From: Methanobacteriota archaeon
Lineage (GTDB): Archaea; Halobacteriota; Methanosarcinia; Methanosarcinales; Methanogasteraceae
NCBI GenBank assembly: GCA_034659315.1
Contig: JAYEGZ010000121.1
Span: 1-34,491, forward strand
Direction of reading: 5' to 3'
Length of the DNA stretch: 34,491 nucleotides
Part shown: in pieces, positions 1 to 8,841 of the stretch
Numbering within the stretch: the first letter of the stretch is position 1
Layout of the letters: the number at the start of each line of letters is the position of its first letter
The notes under the pieces: generated by a model
Databases searched by the model: none
What the model saw: the letters and a program-made list of their open reading frames with translations, nothing else
What the model was told of the DNA's origin: nothing
Program-made: the position numbers and the translations under genes

Positions 1-1181
1 AGACCGGTACTGTACCGGAGCATATCATCGAGAAGTACAAAACAGAAGCGGAAGAGAAGGGCAAAGGCTCATTTGCATTCGCGTGGGTTATGGATTCCTT
101 GAAAGAAGAGCGAGAGCGGGGCATCACTATTGATATCGCACACAAACGATTTGATACCGATAAATACTATTACACTATCGTAGACTGCCCCGGACATCGG
201 GACTTTGTCAAAAACATGATCACCGGTGCTTCACAGGCAGACGCCGCGATACTTACCGTCGATGCAAAGGACGGGGTCATGGAGCAGACCAAGGAGCACG
301 TATTCCTGTCACGAACGCTCGGAATCAATCAGATGGTTCTTGCGATCAACAAGATGGATTCTGTAGATTACAGCGAGGAGCGGTTCAATGAGGTCAAGGA
401 CGACATCAGCACCCTGCTAAAGATGGTTGGGTTCAACCCTGCCGACATGAGCTTCATACCAACGTCCGCACTCTTCGGTGCAAACATATCCGAAAAGAGC
501 AAAGACACGCCGTGGTACAAGGGATCAACCATTCTCGAGGCTCTTGATCAATTCAAAGCACCTGAAAAACCAACAACCCTGCCAATGCGCATTCCTATCC
601 AGGATGCGTACACGATCTCAGGTATCGGCACCGTGCCAGTCGGGCGTCTTGAGACCGGGATCCTGAGACCAGGCGACAAAGTCGTATTCATGCCAAGCGG
701 CGCTGCTGGTGAGGTAAAATCGATCGAGATGCACCACGAAGAGGTCCCTGAAGCCGTTCCTGGCGACAATATCGGATTCAACGTGAGAGGCGTTGGCAAG
801 AAGGATGTGCGTCGAGGCGATGTGTGCGGACCTGCAAACAACCCGCCAACGGTTGCCGATGAGTTTACAGCCCAGATTGTGGTACTCCAGCATCCGTCAG
901 CGATATCTGCAGGATACACGCCGGTATTCCACTGCCACACAGCTCAGACCGCGTGCATGTTCATATCACTGGACAAGAAGCTTGATCCACGTACGGGAAA
1001 GGTTCTTGAGGAGAACCCAACGTTCATCAAGGCAGGCGATGCCGCAATTGTCACGATCAAGCCAACAAGGCCGATGGTTATTGAGGAAATCAAAAAGATC
1101 CCACAGCTTGGTAGATTTGCCATACGTGATATGGGGCAGACCATTGCTGCGGGTATGTGCATGAGCATTAAGGAGAGATAA
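1..1181 (+). CDS. tuf: translation elongation factor aEF-1 alpha, 5' end cut by window edge (codon phase starts at nt 3)
   Basis: The reading frame is open from nt 3 ([44 protein letters not shown]...). GTPase motifs DCPGHRDF and NKMD are present, and the C-terminal beta-barrel domains run to the stop at 1181. Confidence 0.97.
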   Translation, partial: TGTVPEHIIEKYKTEAEEKGKGSFAFAWVMDSLKEERERGITIDIAHKRFDTDKYYYTIVDCPGHRDFVKNMITGASQADAAILTVDAKDGVMEQTKEHVFLSRTLGINQMVLAINKMDSVDYSEERFNEVKDDISTLLKMVGFNPADMSFIPTSALFGANISEKSKDTPWYKGSTILEALDQFKAPEKPTTLPMRIPIQDAYTISGIGTVPVGRLETGILRPGDKVVFMPSGAAGEVKSIEMHHEEVPEAVPGDNIGFNVRGVGKKDVRRGDVCGPANNPPTVADEFTAQIVVLQHPSAISAGYTPVFHCHTAQTACMFISLDKKLDPRTGKVLEENPTFIKAGDAAIVTIKPTRPMVIEEIKKIPQLGRFAIRDMGQTIAAGMCMSIKER

Positions 1182-1210
1182 TTCTCCTTTCTCATTTTAT
1201 CGGTACTAAA

Positions 1211-1522
1211 ATGGTTCAGAAAGCCCGAATACGGTTAACTGGTACGAATCCGGAAGAGCTGGACTCCGTCTGCAAACATGTCAGAGGGATTGCAGAACGA
1301 ACCGGCATCAGCATCGCGGGTCCAATCCCACTACCAACCCGGAGACTGGTGGTTCCAATCCGAAAAAGTCCTGATGGTGAAGGGACTGAGACATGGGATC
1401 ACTGGGAGATGCGGGTACACAAGCGGCTGATTGACCTTGCCGCAGATGAACGCGCGCTCAGGCAATTGATGCGCATCAACGTTCCAAACAACGTCAACAT
1501 AGAGATTGTACTTGAGAACTGA
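1211..1522 (+). CDS. rps10: 30S ribosomal protein S10
   Basis: 103 aa ([11 protein letters not shown]...HKRLIDL...). It sits immediately downstream of the EF-1alpha gene, the conserved archaeal tuf-rps10 arrangement. Confidence 0.95.
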   Translation: MVQKARIRLTGTNPEELDSVCKHVRGIAERTGISIAGPIPLPTRRLVVPIRKSPDGEGTETWDHWEMRVHKRLIDLAADERALRQLMRINVPNNVNIEIVLEN

Positions 1523-1537
1523 TTCAGTTGGTTTGCT

Positions 1538-2139
1538 TCACTGCGATTTTTTGTTAGATGGTCGCTCCATTTCAGCGACCATCACTTCCACTTCAATTCT
1601 CTCCTTTCGCACCGACACGGTTTCCTCAGTGGTGCGCTTGGCAACCAGTTCCTCAAGACGGCACGATACCTCTCCAATTCCTTTTCTGCCCTTTTGCGTT
1701 CGGTGATATCCTTCATGACGGCACAGTACTTTCGCTTCTCTCCGAGGTCCATATCCGTGTGGCTAATAAGCAGTGATCGAACCGTGTCGTCCTTTCTTAC
1801 AATATCAACCTCGTAAGGCACTCCCTCACCTCGCTGAACCTCACCCCACCGCTGGAATGCAAACCTGTTGAAGTCGGGGTGTACCACCTTCATGAACGTC
1901 TGCCAGATGAGTTCTTCTCTCTGCCACCCAAAAGGGTCGCAAAAGCTGATCATTGCCAAACTCAAAGTTTCCACCAGCATCGAGGACGAACATCCCATCA
2001 TGCAATGTTTCGATGATGGCACTAAGATACGCGCTGTTAGCATCCTGCTCTGAAACCTGTGTTTTTGTACCACTCCCCAAACCCGGCACCCTCTGCATCG
2101 AAATACCTGCAAAACACTCCCAACGCTCGTTTTCAGCTT
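1538..2139 (-). pseudogene. decayed PAS domain plus kinase-type coiled-coil linker, split over two reading frames with no kinase core
   Basis: The PAS N-half (AYLSAIIETLHDGMFVLDAGGNFEFGNDQ) lies in the frame of ORF 1841..2098. The PAS C-half (FCDPFGWQREELIWQTFMKVVHPDF...VRKDDTVRSLLISHT...MKDITERKRAEKELERYRA) lies in the frame of ORF 1582..2112. The linker LEELVAKRTTEETVSVRKERIEVEVMVAEMERPSNKKSQ is back in the first frame and stops at 1538..1540. Confidence 0.7.
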
Positions 2140-3054
2140 CTAACCGCCCCTCCCCTTACGTAGCTCTTCCAGCCTCATGCTGTTTAGCGCAAATGCAATA
2201 TCCCCGGCAACCTCTGTGAGCAGCGGCGACTCTGCCAACTCTGCAGCAAGATCGGCAGGGAGTGCCACAGATAACAGCCCGCAGATCGTTTCTCCCGCTT
2301 CCAGCCGGATGGTGAGCGTTTCTCCACCATCACACCACTTTAGCAACGGACATGCGGTACATGCGCCGACAGAAGACGGACTCCGAACCGTGACAACCTC
2401 GGATTGCCCAATCGCCTGTTTGGCACAATCCGGCAACTCACCGAGCCTCATGCGTCCCCCAACCTGCGATAGCTCTTCGCTCGCACCGAGCTTTCCGGCA
2501 CCTACAAGCAGGTATGGTTCGTCGTTTAGCGCGATCCACGCGTGGCGATAGCCGCGTGTCTCGATGAAAACCTCACATATTCTCTTAATCAGCATCCTCG
2601 GGTCTTTCTCTTCGGTGGTGATCTTGTCGATGTTCCGGATGGTGCCCATCATCGCAGCGAGTTGTTTCAGCCGATTTTCCCGCTGGCTCTTGTAAATAGC
2701 CATCTCTACGATACAGCAGAGTTCTTTGTCGAAAAACGGCTTGACGACGTACCCATAAGGCGCGGTCACCCGTGCCCGCTTCAGTGTGGCGCGGTCTGCA
2801 TAAGCAGTTAGGTATACAACCGGAATGTGAAGAGTGGACCGTATCTGTTCAGCCGCCTCAACCCCATCCATCTCGCCTTTGAGTACGATGTCCATCAGCA
2901 CCAGATCGGGCAACACCTCCCCTGCCTTGGTGATAGCATCCTCGCCTGACGCCACGATCGAGGATACTGCATAACCAAAGTTCGTTAGAATCATCTGGAC
3001 GTCTTCGGCGACGATTCTTTCGTCTTCAACGATTAATATCTCTTTTTTAATCAC
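2140..3054 (-). CDS. response regulator with receiver (REC) and GAF-like domain
   Basis: REC motifs are ILIVEDE, DLVLMDIVL and a conserved K in VVKPF. The C-terminal half is GAF-like. The preferred start is GTG 3054, with GAGG 6 nt upstream and 1 nt after the kinase stop. The ORF track's TTG 3066 would overlap the kinase by 11 nt. Confidence 0.85.
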   Translation of the reverse strand: MIKKEILIVEDERIVAEDVQMILTNFGYAVSSIVASGEDAITKAGEVLPDLVLMDIVLKGEMDGVEAAEQIRSTLHIPVVYLTAYADRATLKRARVTAPYGYVVKPFFDKELCCIVEMAIYKSQRENRLKQLAAMMGTIRNIDKITTEEKDPRMLIKRICEVFIETRGYRHAWIALNDEPYLLVGAGKLGASEELSQVGGRMRLGELPDCAKQAIGQSEVVTVRSPSSVGACTACPLLKWCDGGETLTIRLEAGETICGLLSVALPADLAAELAESPLLTEVAGDIAFALNSMRLEELRKGRGG

Positions 3055-3055
3055 T

Positions 3056-3814
3056 TCAACCCTCAAACGTAACCTTAAATTTGGTTCCGTCGGTTATATC
3101 AAGCTCGATTGTACCCTTGAGCTGATCTTCAGCCATCATGATAATCAGATGCATGCCAAGCGTTTCCACGCTCCGAAAGTCCCGATGTTGCGACATCCCA
3201 ACCCCGTCATCGCTGACAACTAGTTCAAATTTATCTTTGCCGGTTGAGTGGAGTGAAACGCTGACTTCGCCCGATCTGCCCTCTGGAAAAGCGTGTTTCA
3301 AGGAATTGGAGACCAGTTCATTGATTATTAATCCACATGACATGGCATCGCGGACACCGAACGAAACATCCTCGATGTTCATCTTCAGCTTGATTCTGCC
3401 CGTGCTAAATCCGTAACCGTAAGACCAGAACACGTCATGGAGCAGAGTCTTGATATACTCCTTAAAATCGACGTTTGCAATATCTTGTGATTTGTAAAGC
3501 TTCTCATTGACAAGAGACATTGCCAGTATCCGGTTCTGACACTCTTCAAGCATCTCGCGCACATCGTCGTCCCGGACATACCCGGATTGAATCTTGAGGA
3601 GACTGGAGATGACCTGCATATTGTTCTTAACCCGGTGGTGAACCTCATGCAGAAGAATCTCTTTCTCCCGAAGTGACACCGTAAGCTCTCCCTCTACGCG
3701 CTCTTGTTCAGCGATCTTCTTTTCCAGATCTTTATTCACCCTTTCCAGCTCTGCAATGCGCTGGTCGATGTCTCCGCTCTCGTGCATTTCATCGCCCGAT
3801 CCTGAACGACTCAT
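3056..3814 (-). CDS. sensor-less histidine kinase (coiled coil + HisKA_2 + HATPase_c)
   Basis: It has the H-box EVHHRVKNNMQVISSLL typical of the HisKA_2 type, plus the N-box ELVSNSLKHAF and the G-box DDGVGM. Only about 55 aa of coiled coil precede the H-box. Confidence 0.9.
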   Translation of the reverse strand: MSRSGSGDEMHESGDIDQRIAELERVNKDLEKKIAEQERVEGELTVSLREKEILLHEVHHRVKNNMQVISSLLKIQSGYVRDDDVREMLEECQNRILAMSLVNEKLYKSQDIANVDFKEYIKTLLHDVFWSYGYGFSTGRIKLKMNIEDVSFGVRDAMSCGLIINELVSNSLKHAFPEGRSGEVSVSLHSTGKDKFELVVSDDGVGMSQHRDFRSVETLGMHLIIMMAEDQLKGTIELDITDGTKFKVTFEG

Positions 3815-3900
3815 TTCTTTTCCTCACATAGCTAAGCACCGGTTCACAAACCTTGCATCTCTATTCGGATGGTTATGCGCAGCGCCATGTTGTTTAATCT

Positions 3901-3953
3901 ATGCCATGATGTGGATGCCATGATGCCATGTACTATGTGCTATGGTGCCATGC
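3901..3953. repeat. clustered ATGCCATG repeats in a divergent intergenic region
   Basis: ATGCCATG occurs at 3901-3908, 3915-3922 and 3923-3930 (the last two in tandem). TGCCATG occurs at 3947-3953 and GCCATG at about 3884-3889. Confidence 0.5.
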
Positions 3954-4153
3954 AAACCAGTTATAGCGTATAACAATGGGTTTACTTGTAAAAAAACATT
4001 GCCCTAAATGTGTGATTGTTATACTACATGGTGTTAGCTGGCATCTGTGGATATTCACAGGCAAACATGAAACTTGCATAGGGCATCAGCCGGCACCCTC
4101 CTGCTGCAATACACCCGCAAGCCATAATAGTAAAATAATACCACAATACTCCT

Positions 4154-5095
4154 ATGGACCAACCTGCCCGGGAAACCGCATGGAACACAACCCGGATGAA
4201 CGCCCCCGGATCAATGAGCGTCGTCTGTATAGCGTTTGTGCTGTCGCTGTACGTGATTGCATGCATACCAGCCTGTGCCGGAAATGTCCATGAGGCAACC
4301 ATCTTCTACTTTGATGGCGACATCAAGACCGGTCGCGCCATAGATCTGGAACAGGGCTACATGCTCCGGGTCAAGGAGGTCATGAATGACAGCGCGACGA
4401 TCGACATATCAAATGGCGGTAAGAAAATTGAAACCCATGATATATCCAAAGAGAGTTCTTATACGCTTGAAAAGAGGCTTGGCGACATTAATTACGACAT
4501 CATAAAAATATCGCTGGTAGGAGCTAATACTACGTCAAACACGGTTTCGTTGACCATTGAACAGCACATCGATCCTGATCGGTCATTTGATTACCCTTTG
4601 ATCAGCGATGTGTCTGCAAACATAGGGGAAGGCGACCGGGAACATTTGGAGGAAGACTACGAACTGAGGGTGGAGTCTATTGCTGACAACAACGCCATTC
4701 TGACGCTGTACAAAGGGGATGAAACAGTTAAACATGAAAAATTGTATGTAGACGATCCCGATAAGAGGCGGTTTGTGTATATGAAGAAGATCGGGAGCGA
4801 CTATCACACCATTCTGTTTGTGGAACTGGCCCGGGTGTCATTGGACGCGGAGGGCGGGGTTGCGCACCTGCGCGGGCTTTCGCAGTTCAAGGATCCTGAA
4901 TACATCATAATGGACGATTTAGAAGAATCCGCGCAGGTGAACGAATCATTACCAAGTGACTGCAGCGGCAGTGATAACTGGAACATTCGGCTTGCAGAGT
5001 CCGCGGCTTTCAGATATCTGTTGAGTGGTTGCGTGTTTGCCGCCATATTCGTATTGATCCTCTCAGTTACAAGAATGGGACAGAAACGCAGGTGA
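4154..5095 (+). CDS. surface protein with signal peptide, two S-layer-like half modules and a C-terminal TM anchor
   Basis: Hydrophobic N-terminus MSVVCIAFVLSLYVIACIPACAG. There are two related segments: LEQGYMLRVKEVMNDSATIDISNGGKKIE and LEEDYELRVESIADNNAILTLYKGDETVK. The C-terminal TM is CVFAAIFVLILSV followed by the basic tail RMGQKRR. Alternative ATG starts are at 4196 and 4214. Confidence 0.7.
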   Translation: MDQPARETAWNTTRMNAPGSMSVVCIAFVLSLYVIACIPACAGNVHEATIFYFDGDIKTGRAIDLEQGYMLRVKEVMNDSATIDISNGGKKIETHDISKESSYTLEKRLGDINYDIIKISLVGANTTSNTVSLTIEQHIDPDRSFDYPLISDVSANIGEGDREHLEEDYELRVESIADNNAILTLYKGDETVKHEKLYVDDPDKRRFVYMKKIGSDYHTILFVELARVSLDAEGGVAHLRGLSQFKDPEYIIMDDLEESAQVNESLPSDCSGSDNWNIRLAESAAFRYLLSGCVFAAIFVLILSVTRMGQKRR

Positions 5096-5153
5096 TCATA
5101 TAGATACAGGACGTAATACGAAGCATCGCACGGATTACCAGGTTAGGAAGGCG

Positions 5154-5588
5154 GTGGTGCAGGATGTGGATCAGGTGCATGAACTGGTCAATGGATATGC
5201 CGGGGACGGGACTATGCTTCCGAGATCGCGTAGCGAGTTATATGACCGAATCAGGGATTTTACAGTCTGTGCAAGCGAGGATCAGCTGCTCGGGTGCTGC
5301 GCGCTTCATGTCTGTTGGGATAATCTTGCAGAGGTCATATCCTTTGCAGTGCGGCAGGATGCGCACAATCAGGGCATTGGTTCGCTGCTTTTACACGCGT
5401 CTATGAGCGAGGCGCAGGAACTCGGAATCGATACAATCTTCACGCTTACCCGCGCACCAGGCTATTTTCGGAGATATGGGTTTGTGGAGGTTGATAAGGA
5501 TGTGCTTCCGCACAAGGTATGGGGCGAATGCATCAAATGTCCGAAGTTCCCTGATTGCGACGAGGTTGCGCTGGTGCGGGAATTATAG
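5154..5588 (+). CDS. GNAT family N-acetyltransferase
   Basis: Acetyl-CoA binding motif VRQDAHNQGIGSLLL (Q/RxxGxG), followed by YFRRYGF. GTG start, 144 aa. Confidence 0.8.
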   Translation: MVQDVDQVHELVNGYAGDGTMLPRSRSELYDRIRDFTVCASEDQLLGCCALHVCWDNLAEVISFAVRQDAHNQGIGSLLLHASMSEAQELGIDTIFTLTRAPGYFRRYGFVEVDKDVLPHKVWGECIKCPKFPDCDEVALVREL

Positions 5589-5768
5589 GCTTGCCAAAAG
5601 AATAAACGGTTAAAATTTGGGGCATTCGTGTAATCCGTGATAAAAACTGACAGAACCCGATACAATTACCGATAAACACCTGCAATTAGGGTGTAGCGAT
5701 TTGGATAAAATGAGCAATATCTTTATAAGTATTGGTCATTGCAACGCGAGATACCAGGAGACCAAAAA

Positions 5769-5922
5769 GTGTGTGAAGTGAGTTGAAAAAACTAATGGAT
5801 TTCATGAGATTAACACACGAAGATTGTTGTACATGCAAGATATTGGTGATATGTTTGCGTTTTATATCCCACCCCCTCGTACATTCTTGTGGAAATCCGT
5901 GTAATCGTGCGGTTAGCTACAC
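5769..5922 (-). repeat. MITE-like palindromic element, copy 1 (inverted orientation, one degenerate end)
   Basis: The reverse complement aligns along its length with 8669..8822. Shared blocks are TAGCTAACC..GATTACAC.GATTTCCAC....GGATATAAAACGCAAACATATCACCAATAT...GTTTTTTC. Confidence 0.8.
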
Positions 5923-5954
5923 GTACGATAAAAAGAATAACGATGAACGTGAGA

Positions 5955-6305
5955 ATGTTTGTTATGCCTCATAAATGCGCCAACTGCGAACACATCTTCG
6001 ATGATGGTGCAGCCAAGATACTGGATGGCTGCCCAAACTGCGGGTGGAACAAGTTTCTGTATGTGCCGGCAGAACCTGAGACTGAAGACGTGCCCGATAC
6101 TGAAACGCAAGTGGATACACCTGAGGTGGTGGAAGAAAAGCCCGATTTGAAGGTTGAATCGATCCGCATACTCGATAAAGGCTCTTACGAGCTAAATCTT
6201 GAAGCACTGCTTGAGCGGGAAGAGATCATAATGTCTCTACAAGAGGATGGGCGGTATATCGTGCATCTGCCATCAGTTTTTGAGAAGAGCAAGAAACACC
6301 AGTGA
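5955..6305 (+). CDS. conserved archaeal Zn-ribbon protein
   Basis: CANCEH...CPNCGW (CxxC-N17-CxxC), followed by an acidic linker and a conserved C-terminal domain. I start it at ATG 5955 because the track's 5889 start lies inside repeat copy 1. Confidence 0.75.
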   Translation: MFVMPHKCANCEHIFDDGAAKILDGCPNCGWNKFLYVPAEPETEDVPDTETQVDTPEVVEEKPDLKVESIRILDKGSYELNLEALLEREEIIMSLQEDGRYIVHLPSVFEKSKKHQ

Positions 6306-6345
6306 ATCCATACATTTTTATCGCATCAAAACGATCTGGTATGCG

Positions 6346-6588
6346 ATGAAATACCGTGCCGAGATCACCACGCAACTGAAGGAGGGCATGCTCGATCCTG
6401 AAGGGGCTACGATACAACGTGCGCTCATGCACCTTGGTTATGACGTAAGCGGCGTTCACACCGCAAAAAAACTGCTTATCGAACTGGAAGCTAACAGCGC
6501 GGATGATGCCGCAGAAATGATGGATGAGATGTGTCAGAAACTACTGGCAAATCCTGTGATCCACAATTACTCAATTAAAATACAATGA
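6346..6588 (+). CDS. purS: phosphoribosylformylglycinamidine synthase subunit PurS
   Basis: 80 aa ([27 protein letters not shown]...). Its stop overlaps the purQ start (ATGA). Confidence 0.9.
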   Translation: MKYRAEITTQLKEGMLDPEGATIQRALMHLGYDVSGVHTAKKLLIELEANSADDAAEMMDEMCQKLLANPVIHNYSIKIQ

Positions 6589-7277
6589 AATTTGCAATCA
6601 TCAGGTTTGGTGGAAGTAATTGTGATCTGGATGTACATCATATCTTAAGCGATGTTCTCAACGTTCCTACTGATCTGGTATGGTACAAAGACTCAATTGA
6701 GGGGTATGATGGGGTCGTAATCCCTGGAGGATTTTCTTATGGCGATTACCTGCGTGCAGGTTCGATTGCGGCAAGTACACCGATCATGGAATCTGTCAAA
6801 GAGCTTGCGGATGATGGAAAACCCGTGATCGGGATATGCAATGGATTTCAGATCCTTGCCGAGTCGGGGCTTCTCCCAGGCGCGCTTCGCACGAACATTT
6901 ACCCGAAATTCTGCTGCAAAGGGGTAGACCTACGTGTCGAAAACACAGACACCGCGTTCACATCAAAATTCAAGAAAGGCGAAGTCGTGCGAATACCGAT
7001 TGCGCACAAGGAAGGGAATTTCTTCGTAGACGACAGTACATTAAGCGATCTTAACTTGCATCAGAGGGTCGCGTTTCGGTACGTCGATTCAGGTGGCAAG
7101 GCAGTTCCTGCCGCAAATCCGAATGGCTCGGTCGAGAACATCGCGGGAGTCGTCAATGAGGCTGGAAACGTTCTCGGGATGATGCCGCATCCTGAGCGTG
7201 CATCCGAATCGATACTTGGTTCAAATGACGGGCGTAAGGTCTTTGAGTCGATGGTTGAGTACGCGTTGCAGGGATAA
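6585..7277 (+). CDS. purQ: phosphoribosylformylglycinamidine synthase I (glutaminase subunit PurQ)
   Basis: Class I glutamine amidotransferase motifs: GICNGFQ (catalytic Cys) and HPER near the C-terminus. Confidence 0.93.
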   Translation: MKFAIIRFGGSNCDLDVHHILSDVLNVPTDLVWYKDSIEGYDGVVIPGGFSYGDYLRAGSIAASTPIMESVKELADDGKPVIGICNGFQILAESGLLPGALRTNIYPKFCCKGVDLRVENTDTAFTSKFKKGEVVRIPIAHKEGNFFVDDSTLSDLNLHQRVAFRYVDSGGKAVPAANPNGSVENIAGVVNEAGNVLGMMPHPERASESILGSNDGRKVFESMVEYALQG

Positions 7278-7281
7278 ACGA

Positions 7282-8619
7282 TTATACAAACAGCTTCTTC
7301 ACCTTTGCCAGTGCCGGCGCCAGCGCGAAGATTACCACCCGGTCGCCTGCCTGGATCTGGTGCGTGCCCCGCGGTACGATCACCTCGTTCCTGCGCACGA
7401 TCATGCCGATGATGGCGCCTTTCGGAAATTTGATCCGACCAAGTGTCTTCTTTGTTATCTTTGCACCGGGCGATGCGACCAGTTCAACCAGCTCGGCTTG
7501 CTTTTCCTCAATAGCGGCGAGCGATTCGACCCCTGCGCCCGCGGTGACGCGCAGGACGCTGTTGATGGTTGCATATTTTGGAGACAGCGCCGCGTCGATG
7601 CCAACTCGCTCAAACAACTCCATATACTCCGACCGATCGACCTTGGCGATGATCTTCCGGGTGCCAAGTTGCTTTGCGAGCAGCAGACAGAGCAGATTTC
7701 TTTCATCGCTATCGGTTGCTGCAATGACCGCATCCATCTCAGCAACACCCTCAGACTTTAGCATCATCTCGTCGGTGCCGTCACCGTGCAACACAAGTAC
7801 GCCAGGTAGCATGTCAGCGATCTCTACGCACCGCTCCGCATCCGCCTCGATGATCTTGAGGTCGGTGTCGCCATGTTTTGCGAGCAGTTTTGCGATGTAG
7901 AACCCAACGGTGCCTGCGCCGATTATCATGACCTTGTTGTGCTGGCTCGGCGTGTCACCAAACAACTCTCCAATCTCCTCTATCGACTCTGGTTTGCCGA
8001 TTACAATCACATGGTCACCTTCGCGCATGACATCGTCACCATGCGGGATGATCACATCATCGCCCCGGATCAACGCACTGATAACGCAGCAATCAGGAAT
8101 CCTGGCATCAGCAAGTGGTATCTCGTCAAGTGCCGTATCAGGTCCCACCTTGAACTCGATCATCTCGACTTTGCCTTCGGCGAACGCATCCATGCTAACC
8201 GCAGACGGTATCGATATGATCTCAGTAACCACTGATGCAAGTGTCAGTTCAGGGCAGATCATATAATCGATTCCGATCTGCTCCCGATTGGTGATCGGCT
8301 TGTTGATATAATCCGGGCTTGAGACTCGGGCAATCGTCATGCATTTCCTTGCGACTTTTTTTGACAGTAGTTTTGCCGCAATGCATGCAACGATATTAAT
8401 CTCGTCGTTGCCTGTGACCGCAACCACGAGATCCGCCGGAAAAGCACGCTTCAAGATATTAATATCCGCACCATTCCCCTGAAGGACTTGCACGTCCAGA
8501 TCATTCGCTCGTTCGCAAGCTTCCTCTCGTTTATCGATGAGAATAATGTCGTTATTTGCGTACAGCGCCTTCGCGATCGAGTGTCCGACCTCACCGGCAC
8601 CGATGGTTACGATTTTCAT
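7282..8619 (-). CDS. trkA: Trk-type K+ transport NAD-binding regulatory protein TrkA (two RCK N-C units)
   Basis: It has two Rossmann motifs, IGAGEVG and IGAGTVG, each followed by an RCK_C-like segment. 445 aa. No trkH is in the window. Confidence 0.9.
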   Translation of the reverse strand: MKIVTIGAGEVGHSIAKALYANNDIILIDKREEACERANDLDVQVLQGNGADINILKRAFPADLVVAVTGNDEINIVACIAAKLLSKKVARKCMTIARVSSPDYINKPITNREQIGIDYMICPELTLASVVTEIISIPSAVSMDAFAEGKVEMIEFKVGPDTALDEIPLADARIPDCCVISALIRGDDVIIPHGDDVMREGDHVIVIGKPESIEEIGELFGDTPSQHNKVMIIGAGTVGFYIAKLLAKHGDTDLKIIEADAERCVEIADMLPGVLVLHGDGTDEMMLKSEGVAEMDAVIAATDSDERNLLCLLLAKQLGTRKIIAKVDRSEYMELFERVGIDAALSPKYATINSVLRVTAGAGVESLAAIEEKQAELVELVASPGAKITKKTLGRIKFPKGAIIGMIVRRNEVIVPRGTHQIQAGDRVVIFALAPALAKVKKLFV

Positions 8620-8668
8620 CCAATCAGGATTGTGCTTATAAGGAGTTAATGATTTTGCTTGTGGGTGT

Positions 8669-8822
8669 GTGTTTAGCCAACCATAAGATTACACAGATTT
8701 CTACGAGAAAATAAGAGGCGGCAGGATATGAAATGCAGACATATCACCAATATTTTGTAGGTACCGCCACATTCTTGTGCCAATTCCGTGAAATCTCGTG
8801 GTTTTTTCGCTCAGCTAAACAC
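8669..8822 (+). repeat. MITE-like palindromic element, copy 2 (best preserved)
   Basis: Perfect 9-bp terminal inverted repeats: GTGTTTAGC at 8669-8677 and GCTAAACAC at 8814-8822. Internal inverted blocks are CCACGAG / CTCGTGG-type and GATTACAC / GTGAAATC. Confidence 0.85.
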
Positions 8823-8841
8823 ATACGCTTGTGGAAGTTCC

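Noticed and set aside
478-1195. Several 60-130 aa ORFs inside or antisense to the EF-1alpha gene (478..666, 548..940, 618..893, 793..1164, 944..1195)
   Set aside because: They all overlap a strongly supported conserved gene. Their products are Arg/Ser/Pro-rich with no motifs, which is typical of shadow ORFs.
5889-5954. 5' extension of the Zn-ribbon ORF (track start 5889)
   Set aside because: The extension lies inside MITE-like copy 1 (5769-5922) and encodes MEIRVIVRLATRTIKRITMNVR, which has no counterpart in this protein family. ATG 5955 directly precedes the CxxC ribbon.
7198-8266. Plus-strand ORFs 7198..7761, 7364..7900, 7873..8235 and 7910..8266
   Set aside because: They are antisense to the intact trkA gene. 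They have low-complexity Ser/Ala/Arg-rich translations.
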